A program made the position numbers and the translations under genes. A DNA stretch of 64,000 nucleotides from Acidimicrobiales bacterium (lineage in GTDB: Bacteria > Actinomycetota > Acidimicrobiia > Acidimicrobiales > SZUA-35), in NCBI GenBank assembly GCA_024638805.1, contig JAHEJO010000001.1:31001-95000 (forward strand), read 5' to 3'. The notes below the pieces were generated by a model. It had not been told where the DNA came from. It saw nothing but the letters and a program-made list of their open reading frames with translations, and searched no databases. Below, piece by piece: positions 1 to 8,871 of this stretch (position 1 is the first letter of the stretch; every line of letters begins with the position of its first letter).

Positions 1-1665
1 TTGACCCATCGGCGTTTGTGGCCCTCTGCTGAAGAGATCGATGACTCGCCCGGTGCGGCGTCAATGGGGGCGCCCTCCACCCCCGGAAGCGACGCGGAAA
101 CTATGGTTTGGGCCGCCATGGCCCTGACCCACACCGACCCCGCCGGCCCCACAGAGGAGGCGTCCACAGATCCCCTGACGCTCGACAGCGCCACGGTCGC
201 CGAGCGAGCGGCGGTGACGGCCCCGGTTCAACGGTCCCAGCGCCCACGCCGGACCAACGGCCAGGAGCTTCTCATCACCGTGGGGAGCCTGGCGGTCGTG
301 ACCCTTCTCTTCATCGCCGCCGGGATCGTGTGGCTCCAGGGCCAGGTGGACAACATCACCGCCGAGGTCGAGGGGCTCGCAGCGGCGGGCGCCACCGGCG
401 AGACGAACTGGCTCATCGTCGGCAGTGACTCCCGAGACGGGATCGACCCGTCCGACGCCGGTTCCGATGTGTTCGTCGGCGAGGAGGTCATCGGCCGTCG
501 AACCGACACGATCATGGTGGCCCGGGTGGATGTCGATCTCGGTCGGGTCGACCTCGTCTCCCTGCCCCGTGATCTGTGGGTTCCGATCGCCGGGACCGCC
601 CGGGACGGACGCATCAACAGCGCCTTCAACGGTGAGGGCGGTCAGCAGCGCCTGATCGACACGGTCGAGAGCGTTCTCGACATCGAGATCAATCACTACG
701 CCGAAATCAACTTCGTCGGTTTCCAGGAGGCGGTCGACGCCATGGGCGGGATCCCGATCTGGTTCGACCGGGCCCTGCGCGATCCTGCGTCCGGCCTGCT
801 CATCGATACCCCTGGATGCCGGGTGCTCGACGGGTACGACGCCCTCGCCTTCGCCAGGAGCCGGAACCTCGAGTTCTACGACGGTCAGGCCTGGCGGGCC
901 GACGGCAGCGGAGATCTGGGTCGATCGACCCGTCAGCAGTTTCTCGTCGAGGAGATGGTCGAGCACGCCACCGACTCACTGAACATCACCGATGTGAATA
1001 CGGTCGTTCGTCTGATCAGCGCCGCAGGTTCCAACCTGACGATCGACACCGGCATCACCGCCGACCGCCTGGTCGAGTTGGCCCAAGTCTTCAAGGATCC
1101 AGGGAGCGACGCGATCACGACCCACGTGCTGCCGACCGTGCCGTTCCGCACCCCTGGAGGCGCCGCCGTGCTGGCGATGCAGCCTGCCGAGGCGCAACAG
1201 ATCCTGGCGGTGTATCGTGGCGAAGAACCCGAACCGGTCGTCGCCGAAGAGGCGGCGGTCCGACTCTCGATCTTCAACGGCAGCAGGACCAGAGGCCAAG
1301 CCGGCGAGGTCGAGGGCCTACTGGGGGCCGAGGGTTTCGAGATCGATCTCATCGACAACGCCCCGACCACCCGGGAGACGCTCATCACCTACGGGCCGGG
1401 CATGGAGATCGGGGCCGAGCGCGTCGCCCGCTATCTGGAGGTTGCGCCCACCTTCGTTCCCGACCCCGAGGCCAACGGTATCTCGTTGACCACCGGCACC
1501 GACTTCGGTGGTATCCGAGCCGAACCGGTCCCGGCTGACGAGATCAGCGCCCCGGAGGTGCCCCTCCCGGCCGGTTCGGTCACCTTGGCGCCACCGACGG
1601 TCACTCCCACGGTGGCTCTTGGCGTGGTGCCAGGCGCCGCGCCCCCGGGTACGACCTGCTCCTGA
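1..1665 (+). CDS. LCP (LytR-CpsA-Psr) family cell-envelope glycopolymer transferase with C-terminal LytR_C-like domain; 5' end may be cut by the window edge
   Basis: Motifs NWLIVGSDSRDG, TDTIMVARVD, SLPRDLWV, INSAF, EINFVGFQEAVDAMGG. One TM helix LLITVGSLAVVTLLFIAAGIVWL. The ORF starts at base 1 (TTG). Confidence 0.85.
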   Translation: MTHRRLWPSAEEIDDSPGAASMGAPSTPGSDAETMVWAAMALTHTDPAGPTEEASTDPLTLDSATVAERAAVTAPVQRSQRPRRTNGQELLITVGSLAVVTLLFIAAGIVWLQGQVDNITAEVEGLAAAGATGETNWLIVGSDSRDGIDPSDAGSDVFVGEEVIGRRTDTIMVARVDVDLGRVDLVSLPRDLWVPIAGTARDGRINSAFNGEGGQQRLIDTVESVLDIEINHYAEINFVGFQEAVDAMGGIPIWFDRALRDPASGLLIDTPGCRVLDGYDALAFARSRNLEFYDGQAWRADGSGDLGRSTRQQFLVEEMVEHATDSLNITDVNTVVRLISAAGSNLTIDTGITADRLVELAQVFKDPGSDAITTHVLPTVPFRTPGGAAVLAMQPAEAQQILAVYRGEEPEPVVAEEAAVRLSIFNGSRTRGQAGEVEGLLGAEGFEIDLIDNAPTTRETLITYGPGMEIGAERVARYLEVAPTFVPDPEANGISLTTGTDFGGIRAEPVPADEISAPEVPLPAGSVTLAPPTVTPTVALGVVPGAAPPGTTCS

Positions 1666-1693
1666 CCTCGGCCGGTCGCCTACCCTCGAGACC

Positions 1694-2272
1694 ATGCCAG
1701 GTCGGGGTGTCGAGCGGGGCGCTGACGGCCTGCTCCGCTGCAGCTGGGGGGCGAGTCCGCCCATCTACGTCGACTATCACGACAACGAGTGGGGAAAACC
1801 GGCCACCGACGAAACCGCCGTGTTCGAAAAGGTCTGCCTCGAGGGATTCCAGGCCGGTCTGAGCTGGCTCACCGTCCTACGCAAACGCCCGGCGTTCCGC
1901 GAGGTCTTTCACGGTTTCGAACCCGCAGCGGTTGCCGGCATGTCGGCCGGCGACGTCGATGCACTACTCGTTGACGAGCGCATCATCCGCCACCGCGGCA
2001 AGATCGAAGCGACGGTCAACAACGCCCGACGACTGCTCGAACTGCACGACTCCGGATCCTCGCTCCTCGAGCTCTTCGGCCAAGCCGCTCCGGCGAAACC
2101 GCACGCGCCCAGGACCCTCGCCGACATACCTTCCACGACCCCCGAATCCGAGGCCTTGTCCCGACGCCTGAAGGATCTCGGCTTCCGTTTCGTCGGCCCG
2201 AAGACCTGTTACGCCGCACTCCAAGCCCTCGGAATCGTCAACGACCATCTCATCAGCTGCCACGCTCGGTGA
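1694..2272 (+). CDS. tag: DNA-3-methyladenine glycosylase I
   Basis: YVDYHDNEWGKP and CLEGFQAGLSWLTVLRKR are typical Tag motifs. The ATG at 1694 was chosen inside the longer 1508 ORF, whose extension is Arg/Pro-rich. Confidence 0.9.
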   Translation: MPGRGVERGADGLLRCSWGASPPIYVDYHDNEWGKPATDETAVFEKVCLEGFQAGLSWLTVLRKRPAFREVFHGFEPAAVAGMSAGDVDALLVDERIIRHRGKIEATVNNARRLLELHDSGSSLLELFGQAAPAKPHAPRTLADIPSTTPESEALSRRLKDLGFRFVGPKTCYAALQALGIVNDHLISCHAR

Positions 2273-2318
2273 CCCCGGGCTCAAGGCGCAGCCCCAAAAG
2301 ACCGATTTTCACAGGGTC

Positions 2319-3620
2319 ATGTCCGAATCCACCGCTCTCGCCAAAGCGCTCGCCGCCCAACTCGGCGACGATCTGGACCGGATTCTCGACACCAACAGCT
2401 CGCCCACCCCCCGGTTCGAGGTGGTCGAAACGTCACCGAAGAGCCTCGAACTCCGCCAGGTGGCAGGACTCGACTCGGGTCACACCAAACCGCTCAAACC
2501 CGGCCATTACCAGTTCGGTCACGGCGGGACCGCAAATGCGGGAGACGATCGAACCAAACCATTCCTCCTCCTGGTCGATGACAACAACGTCGCCTGGATC
2601 TCCTCCGAGGTGGCCGGCGTCCGACTCGACGGCAGGCCGGTCAGAGAACTCACACCGGTCGACCGGGCCGTGATCGACGCCGGCGCGGCTCGATTCGTCG
2701 TCTCCACGTCCCGCCCACCGGCCCGCCGGCGTGGCGGAGGAACACGGCGTACCGACATCGGTCCCACCGAACCCCTCAGACAGGAACGGCTCCGCATCGC
2801 CGACTACGCGAGCACCGACGACGAGCCGATCCAACCGGTTAAGCGCCGCCGGCTCGGACTTCGCTCCCCTGACCGCATCGAAACACCGAAACCCGAACCG
2901 CTGATCACCAAGATCCTCGAGCTGCGAAGCGAGGCAGCTCGCCACGCCCGAGACCAGTTTCCCGATGCCGGACAACTGCTGCAGATGGCTTCAGCCGGCC
3001 GGGATCACATGGGCGACGTCGGCCCGGCCGATCCCGGGTTCGCAACCGTACCCATCGCGTACGGCGACCTCGCGTGGCAACCGCCAATCGACCGCCCCGA
3101 TCGGATCCCCGGTCCGCTGGTCGTCGAAGTGCAACAACTCTCGGTTCTCCCGTCGGTGCCGCTCAGCGTCGATCTGCGCAACGGGCATCTCGGCATCGTC
3201 GGCGACCGAGCCTCATGCCTCGCCGTCGCCCGCCAGATCGCAGTGACGCTGAGAGTCCTCTCACCGACCGACACCATCACCTTTGCGCTGCTCCACCCGA
3301 CCCAACGCTCGGCCGACTGGGCATGGCTCGACCGTGTCCCCAACCACCCCGGAGGGCTTCCGGTGCTTTTCCTCGACGGGATGCGTCAGGTCGCAGACCA
3401 CGGCCTACGGCAATCCCTGATCGAAACCGGCACCGGGGGGGCGGTCATCATCGACGACCAGCTCCACGACATGCCCTCGATATGTGCCAGTGTGCTCGAT
3501 ATCCAACCTTCGGGGAGTGCATCGCTGCTCGACTTCCGCCGAGGTTCAACCACGACCAGGATTGCCACACCGCTCGGGTTCAGCGTCGAGACGACCGACA
3601 GGATCATCGGCTTTCTGTGA
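2319..3620 (+). CDS. Hypothetical protein: N-terminal FHA-like domain plus C-terminal FtsK/EssC-like region with a degenerate P-loop
   Basis: The FHA-like stretch FLLLVDDNNVAWISSEVAGVRLDGRPV...ARFVV resembles EssC/YscD-type FHA domains. GHLGIVGDRASCLAVARQIAVTL sits where FtsK-family proteins carry G-x-GSGKS. No TM helix seen. Confidence 0.45.
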   Translation: MSESTALAKALAAQLGDDLDRILDTNSSPTPRFEVVETSPKSLELRQVAGLDSGHTKPLKPGHYQFGHGGTANAGDDRTKPFLLLVDDNNVAWISSEVAGVRLDGRPVRELTPVDRAVIDAGAARFVVSTSRPPARRRGGGTRRTDIGPTEPLRQERLRIADYASTDDEPIQPVKRRRLGLRSPDRIETPKPEPLITKILELRSEAARHARDQFPDAGQLLQMASAGRDHMGDVGPADPGFATVPIAYGDLAWQPPIDRPDRIPGPLVVEVQQLSVLPSVPLSVDLRNGHLGIVGDRASCLAVARQIAVTLRVLSPTDTITFALLHPTQRSADWAWLDRVPNHPGGLPVLFLDGMRQVADHGLRQSLIETGTGGAVIIDDQLHDMPSICASVLDIQPSGSASLLDFRRGSTTTRIATPLGFSVETTDRIIGFL

Positions 3621-3968
3621 CATTGTCCTCACTCCTGCGGCCGGCACAAGGCGCCCGTCCTCGTCGACCGACTCGCTGACGCTCGAACAACGCCCGGGGC
3701 ACCTCCCCGATTTGATCTGTCGTCGTTCCCTCTTCTGTCGTCTCCAACCCACATCCGCGGGCAAACGACGTTTCCAGCCCACACTCTTGGTGTGCTCCAC
3801 ACGATTTATCGGCGGGAAGGGGACTGGGGACGAGAGAACGGCGCACGACGAACGGCGCCTGCGGGGCGACGCCGGCGGACCGCAGCGTCGACGAGCTGGC
3901 TTCGAAACTGGTTGGGTTCGGTCGTCACCGCAGCTGTCTGCGAGACATCGAACTCCTAGCATCAGTGC

Positions 3969-4325
3969 ATGCCCATCACCATCCACAAGACGGGTGACCT
4001 CATCGTTGTCAAGCTGACCGGACTCAGCCGCATCTTCGGCCTCAAAGGCAGGCTCGACATCCCAACAAGCCACGTCACCTCCGTTGAGGTGAGGCCGAGA
4101 ACGGAAGTCCCACCCACTCCCGGCACATGGCTACGTGCTCCCGGCACGCACATACCGGGACTCGTTCGGTACGGTTCTTACGGGCGAGTACCAAACCGGG
4201 AGTTCTGGGCCGTCTACCGACAGCAAGAAGTCTTGGTGGTTGGCGTCACCGACTGGGCCTACCGCAGAGTCGTCATCGCCACCCGGGACCCACACGCCGA
4301 CGCGGCCCTCTTGGAAGAGGCGTAG
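3969..4325 (+). CDS. Hypothetical small protein (no family recognised)
   Basis: Clean 118-aa ORF with non-repetitive composition and high third-position G+C. It follows a 348-nt non-coding gap. Confidence 0.5.
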   Translation: MPITIHKTGDLIVVKLTGLSRIFGLKGRLDIPTSHVTSVEVRPRTEVPPTPGTWLRAPGTHIPGLVRYGSYGRVPNREFWAVYRQQEVLVVGVTDWAYRRVVIATRDPHADAALLEEA

Positions 4326-4408
4326 TCACGACCCGAGCCTGAAGCGCGCGCGGAACCTCGCGATCCACCACCGGACGCCGGCACCGGCCCCTGCTACGGT
4401 CACCCCCA

Positions 4409-4723
4409 GTGAATCGGTTTCGACGAGCCCTCGCATTTCCCGTGGTCGCGGCAGTGCTGCTCAGCGCATGTGGCGGTGACACACCCGAGGACTACACGAT
4501 CGAGACACGCGACAACTTCCTGGTCGCCTGCACCGACCCTCTCGTCGATTCGATCTTGATCACCGAACTCTGCGAATGCACGTTCGAGTCGGCCCAGAGC
4601 CGGCTCCAATTCGAACGATTCGTGGATATCGAACGGCGATTCGAATCGAATCTGAACGCCGATCTCGGCATCGCCATGGACGACATCCTGGCCGACTGCA
4701 TCCTCCGGGAGGCTGACCTGTGA
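4409..4723 (+). CDS. Putative lipoprotein, Cys-containing
   Basis: Signal peptide with lipobox: MNRFRRALAFPVVAAVLLSAC-GG. Its stop overlaps the next gene's start (GTGA at 4720-4723). Confidence 0.6.
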   Translation: MNRFRRALAFPVVAAVLLSACGGDTPEDYTIETRDNFLVACTDPLVDSILITELCECTFESAQSRLQFERFVDIERRFESNLNADLGIAMDDILADCILREADL

Positions 4724-5862
4724 CCGACACGAGCGGTGCCACCACGCAACGGTGGCGTTTCCAGTGGAAAGAGCTTTACGACGAGGTCATCACGACCGGT
4801 CTGTGCACGGGATGCGCCGGCTGCGTGATCGCCTGTCCCCACGACGTGATCGGATACAAACACGAGCCGGGGGCGTACAAACCCTTCCACCTCGAGGCCG
4901 AACTCGGAGAAGGCGACTGTGGACACGGCCAGAACGGGTGCACATCCTGCACGAGGGCCTGCCCGCGCTTCAGGGACTGGGAGACCGCAGCGGATGAACA
5001 TCTCTTCGGTCGCACTCGTCACCCGGACGAGATGTCGGGCATCTACCGCGACATCCTCCTCGTGCGGGCCGCTGACGACGCCGTCTATCAGAACGGCCAG
5101 GACGGCGGGTTGGTCAGCGCAATCCTGATCTGGTGTCTCGACAACGACATCATCGACGGGGCCCTCGTATCGATGCTCGACGGTGACGCCGCCGGTTGGA
5201 AAGCCGTGCCGGGTGTAGCAACCACCAGAAACGAAGTGCTAGCGGCGTCGGGTAGCCGGTACACCTACTCGGCCAACACGATCGCCTACGACCAGGCCCG
5301 CGAGCGTGGCCTCGAGAGCCTGGCGCTCGTCGGCATGAGCTGTCAAACATCGGTTGCTCCGGTGATGTGGCACCGCAAGGTCGGCAAGGTGTCCAAGCCC
5401 ATCAAGCTCAACATCGGCCTGCTGTGCTCGAAGTCCTTCGACGATGCGCTCTTCGATGAGCTCTTCTGGACGAAGTACCGGTTGGCCAAGGATGACATCG
5501 TCAAGATGAACATCAAGGGCGTGTTCCAGGTGTGGATGCGCAACGGTGACTATCACGAGATCCCGCTCAAGGAATGCCATGCGTGGACCCGGGACGGCTG
5601 CAACCATTGCCCTGACTTCGCCGCCGAACATGCGGACATCTCGACCGGCGGGATCGGCAACGAAACCGACTGGACGCTGACCATCGTTCGCACCGACCTC
5701 GGGCGGGCCATCATCGATGCAATGCTGACCGACGGAGTGATCGAGACACGCCCCGGCGACGACGACCCGGCTGCTGTTGCACTCATGCGCCGCCTCGCCA
5801 AGAAGAGCCGGGAACGCTGGCCCGAGTGGGCACAGGAAGAAGTGCGCGTCGGGATTTCGTGA
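4720..5862 (+). CDS. Coenzyme F420 hydrogenase/dehydrogenase beta-subunit (FrhB) family protein with N-terminal 2x[4Fe-4S] ferredoxin motifs
   Basis: CTGCAGCVIACP and CTSCTRACP cluster motifs, followed by an FrhB-like body (GGLVSAIL..., CNHCPDFAAEHADISTGG). Confidence 0.75.
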   Translation: MTDTSGATTQRWRFQWKELYDEVITTGLCTGCAGCVIACPHDVIGYKHEPGAYKPFHLEAELGEGDCGHGQNGCTSCTRACPRFRDWETAADEHLFGRTRHPDEMSGIYRDILLVRAADDAVYQNGQDGGLVSAILIWCLDNDIIDGALVSMLDGDAAGWKAVPGVATTRNEVLAASGSRYTYSANTIAYDQARERGLESLALVGMSCQTSVAPVMWHRKVGKVSKPIKLNIGLLCSKSFDDALFDELFWTKYRLAKDDIVKMNIKGVFQVWMRNGDYHEIPLKECHAWTRDGCNHCPDFAAEHADISTGGIGNETDWTLTIVRTDLGRAIIDAMLTDGVIETRPGDDDPAAVALMRRLAKKSRERWPEWAQEEVRVGIS

Positions 5863-6530
5863 GTTCGCTCGACGCCATGGCCGACGCCGTGGCCGACTGT
5901 CGACGGTGCCCGCGGTTGGTGCAGTGGCGTGAGCTGATAGCCACCGAGAAACGGGCGGCGTTCGCCAAGGAGGACTACTGGGGCCGTGGCGTCGCCGGTT
6001 TCGGTGATCCCGACGCTCGGCTCATGGTGGTGGGGCTCGCCCCAGCCGCCCACGGCGCCAACCGGACCGGCCGGATGTTCACCGGCGACCGAAGCGGCGA
6101 CTGGCTCTACCGGGCGCTGTGGCGGGCCGGTTTCGCCAACCAGCCACTCAGCGTGGCGGCCAACGACGGCCTGGAGTTGAACGGGGTGTGGGTGACCTCA
6201 CCGGTCAAGTGCGCCCCGCCTGGTAACCGGCCCACGGCGAGCGAGGTCGCCAACTGCCGGCCCTACTTCGCCGAAGAACTACTACTGCTGAAACCACGGG
6301 TCCTCGTCGCGCTCGGTTCGGTCGGTTTCGCCTCGGTCGCCCGCCACTTCGACCTACGACCCCGTCCCCGCTTCGGACATGGCGCCGTCGTACGGATCGA
6401 TGACGAGACGACCCTTCTCGGTTGCTATCACGTGAGCCAGCAGAACACGTTCACGGGCCGACTCACCGAGAGCATGCTCGACGACGTCTTCACCCGCGCC
6501 CGGAGCCTGCTCGCCGAGCCCGGCTCCTGA
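5859..6530 (+). CDS. Uracil-DNA glycosylase superfamily protein, family 4/5 (UdgB-like)
   Basis: CRRCPRL, then VVGLAPAAHGANRTGRMFTGDRSG and YHVSQQN motifs. The GTG start overlaps the upstream stop (GTGA). Confidence 0.85.
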   Translation: MSSLDAMADAVADCRRCPRLVQWRELIATEKRAAFAKEDYWGRGVAGFGDPDARLMVVGLAPAAHGANRTGRMFTGDRSGDWLYRALWRAGFANQPLSVAANDGLELNGVWVTSPVKCAPPGNRPTASEVANCRPYFAEELLLLKPRVLVALGSVGFASVARHFDLRPRPRFGHGAVVRIDDETTLLGCYHVSQQNTFTGRLTESMLDDVFTRARSLLAEPGS

Positions 6531-6551
6531 CGGCACCCCGCACCACCATCC

Positions 6552-7109
6552 TCACCGCCGATCACAACCGGCGATGTCGAGCGCTCGTCGCAGCAACCGG
6601 CGCGTTGATTCGTCCGGCTGAGGGCCCTCGCCGCTGGGGCGCCACCAGGCCAGCTCATGAGATTCGTGGTTCCCGACCGGCTCCGCACCGGGCGGGCACA
6701 GCACGACGAATCGGACGTCGAAATGGAGATGAGCAGGTTCGCCGGGCCGAGCCGGAATCTCATGCACATCGAGATCGACCGCGGGAACCCGCACCGACAG
6801 ACCAGTGATACCGGTCTCCTCCTCGGCTTCGGTCATTGCGACAATGGACAGGTCACCGTGCCCATCGGCGTGACCGCCGGGCTGCAGCCATCGGTCGAGC
6901 TTGACGTGGTGAAGGACCAGTGCCGCCCGCCGGGCGGTGTCGACGACGGCAGCCGAACCGGTCAGATGACCGGTCAGGCACGATCGGTGGAGAGCATCAG
7001 GGTGTCGACGGCAGAACTCGAGCATCCGCTGCCGGTGGTGTTCCTGCTCGGAACCAACGAGTTCGGCCGATCCGATCTGCTCGATGGCGACAGAGAGACC
7101 GGAATGCAC
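6552..7109 (-). CDS. NUDIX hydrolase
   Basis: Nudix-box-like GGHADGHGDLSIVAMTEAEEETGI. The remaining length is consistent with the fold. Confidence 0.85.
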   Translation of the reverse strand: MHSGLSVAIEQIGSAELVGSEQEHHRQRMLEFCRRHPDALHRSCLTGHLTGSAAVVDTARRAALVLHHVKLDRWLQPGGHADGHGDLSIVAMTEAEEETGITGLSVRVPAVDLDVHEIPARPGEPAHLHFDVRFVVLCPPGAEPVGNHESHELAWWRPSGEGPQPDESTRRLLRRALDIAGCDRR

Positions 7110-7137
7110 CTGGGCACGCTAGCCGGGTGCGACCAAC

Positions 7138-8125
7138 TCAACCGAGATCGATCGGGGGCTCGCTCGTGAAACCCAGCTCATCGAAGACGGCCTGAGCCAT
7201 CACCGCCGCAGCCAAGGCGTTCCAGCGGTCGAACCGGCTTGGCGGTGGGACGCGACGGGTCTCGTCGCGCCGGGCCGCCACCCACACCAACTTTCCGTCC
7301 ACGACCGCCGGGCGTGAGTCGTCGGTGTCCATAGTGTGCCATCGGCGCCGGACACCTTCGAGCCAGGGGCCATTCGACCTTCGAGAAGCACCCTCGAGAC
7401 CCATTCTTCGGCACCGTCGGACCGGGAGAAGGTGAATCCCGAATGGAGACCGTCGATCGACGTGGTGCTCCGTAGCCTTGCCGTGACTCAACGGGTCACT
7501 GCGGTCACTAATCGTGAGGCGAGCGGGCACATCTCGGCGGTCGTCCACCGTGCCATCGATCCCGCATCGACCATTGTGATCGCACCGAAGTCGGCATGCT
7601 TCAACGGCCAGGACGACGGGCAGGGCAGCATCCGCGGAATCAGAGAGTTGGCCGAAAGCCACCGCGAGCTCCCTGCCGAGTTGAGGCCATCCGTGTCACG
7701 CCACCAACGCCACAAGCCGAGCGACCTGAGCCGCCACTGCTCCACGATCCACAACATGGAGGAACAGGCCCCGCTTCGTAGAGAGGCCTCCCCCGACATG
7801 GTCATCCGACCGTGTCCGCCCCCGATGACGGTGAGCGCGGCACGATGACCGTCAAGGCCGATCCGAGTCCGCCGATCACAGTGGCACCGGCCGCAGCCGT
7901 GCCGATTCACATGCTCAGCGGATCACCGTCGATCACGATGCTGAAGGCACAAGGGCACACACGGCTGGTCGTCTCGACCTCGGCGTCGATCGCGTACCGA
8001 CCGATGGCGATGGCACCGAAGTCGGCGTGTTTCAACACCCGGTTGACGAGACCGGTTTTGGGCGTATCGAGGGTGAAGGAATCCGAGTACGCGGCCGGCC
8101 GTTCTTGAGGCGATCGGATGCCGGA
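7138..8125 (-). pseudogene. Unresolved region: frame-broken paralogous coding remnants (possible decayed gene or genes) between the NUDIX and SCO1664-family genes
   Basis: No single long ORF. Protein-like minus-strand pieces change frame. Examples: PAAYSDSFTLDTPKTGLVNRVLKHADFGAIAIGRYAIDAEVETTSRVCPCAFSIVIDGDPLSM-stop; LKHADFGAIT.. then IDGTVDDRRDVPARLTISDRSDPLS in another frame. The nucleotide repeat 7579-7609 vs 8010-8040 matches at 26 of 31 positions. The last 64 codons (7138-7332, MDTDDSRPAVVDGKLVWVAARRD...) could be a stand-alone small ORF. Confidence 0.3.
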
Positions 8126-8866
8126 TCAGACCAACGGCCAGGGCCAACGATGCCCCTCGGTGTCGTCCTCGGGAAACGTCGCTTCGCGCAGGACGGCCTT
8201 GGCCCGCGTCATCATTGCATCCCGTTCGAAAGGGCTGAGCAGAGCGGCCAGCCCCTCCGGCGGTCCCGAAGAAACGAAACGGTCGACCGCAGCCAGCATC
8301 GGCGCCGGAATCGGCTGGCCGACGAAGTCCCACATGACGGTCCGCAACTTGAACTCGGTGTGGAAGGACAGGCCGTTGTCGATCCCGTAGACGTGACCAT
8401 CAGGTCCGAGAAGGCAGTGACCGCTCTTGCGGTCGGTGTTGTTGGCGATGATGTCGAGCAGACACAGGCGCTGAAGATCCTCGACCCCTTTGTACGCCTC
8501 CAAGAGGGTGAAGTAATGCTCTGAGAAGTCCGCGTTCACGAACGCCTGGACCGAACCTTCACCGAGCGGGCCGACCGCGAGCGTCGTCGGCGGGACGACC
8601 GACCAGCCGAGCGACTCCGCCAACCGGAATGTCGCAACTTCCCGCCGGTACAGATTGGGAGGGAAATCCCAGAGCGGGCGTTCGCCCTGCCCCGGCTTGT
8701 GTATCGCTCGCACGTCCGAGCCGTCGCCGGCCTCGAAGTGCACCAAGAGGGTCAGGTTCGAGGCGTAGGGCATCCGACCTTCGATCTCGAACTCCCCCGT
8801 TTCGAAGAGCGGAACGAGTTGGTCGGCCGGCAGGTCGAAAGGTTCGGCACACGAATCGGACGGCAC
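8126..8866 (-). CDS. SCO1664 family protein (PI3/4-kinase-like fold, function unknown)
   Basis: FEIEGRMPYASNLTLLV, HKPGQGERPLWDFP, DIIANNTDRKSGHCL and GIDNGLSFH motifs. A GTG start at 8866 sits 5 nt after the upstream stop. The track start at 8932 would overlap DUF3090 by 61 nt. Confidence 0.8.
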   Translation of the reverse strand: MPSDSCAEPFDLPADQLVPLFETGEFEIEGRMPYASNLTLLVHFEAGDGSDVRAIHKPGQGERPLWDFPPNLYRREVATFRLAESLGWSVVPPTTLAVGPLGEGSVQAFVNADFSEHYFTLLEAYKGVEDLQRLCLLDIIANNTDRKSGHCLLGPDGHVYGIDNGLSFHTEFKLRTVMWDFVGQPIPAPMLAAVDRFVSSGPPEGLAALLSPFERDAMMTRAKAVLREATFPEDDTEGHRWPWPLV

Positions 8867-8871
8867 GGTGT

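Noticed and set aside
3800-3900. GGGGAC-containing stretch (gggaaggggactggggacgag) considered as a c-di-AMP (ydaO-type) riboswitch.
   Set aside because: I could not find the paired pseudo-symmetric halves or the conserved ACGGGG/CCCA elements. The resemblance is limited to a G-run.
7336-7848. 170-aa plus-strand ORF (and 7812-8108) considered as real genes filling the 7.1-8.1 kb gap.
   Set aside because: They share third-position G+C with the minus-strand pieces because the frames are wobble-aligned. Their composition is Ser/Pro/Arg/Thr-heavy, which is typical of antisense translation, whereas the minus-strand pieces are Ala/Gly/Asp/Val/Ile-rich. I kept the region as unresolved rather than calling these ORFs.
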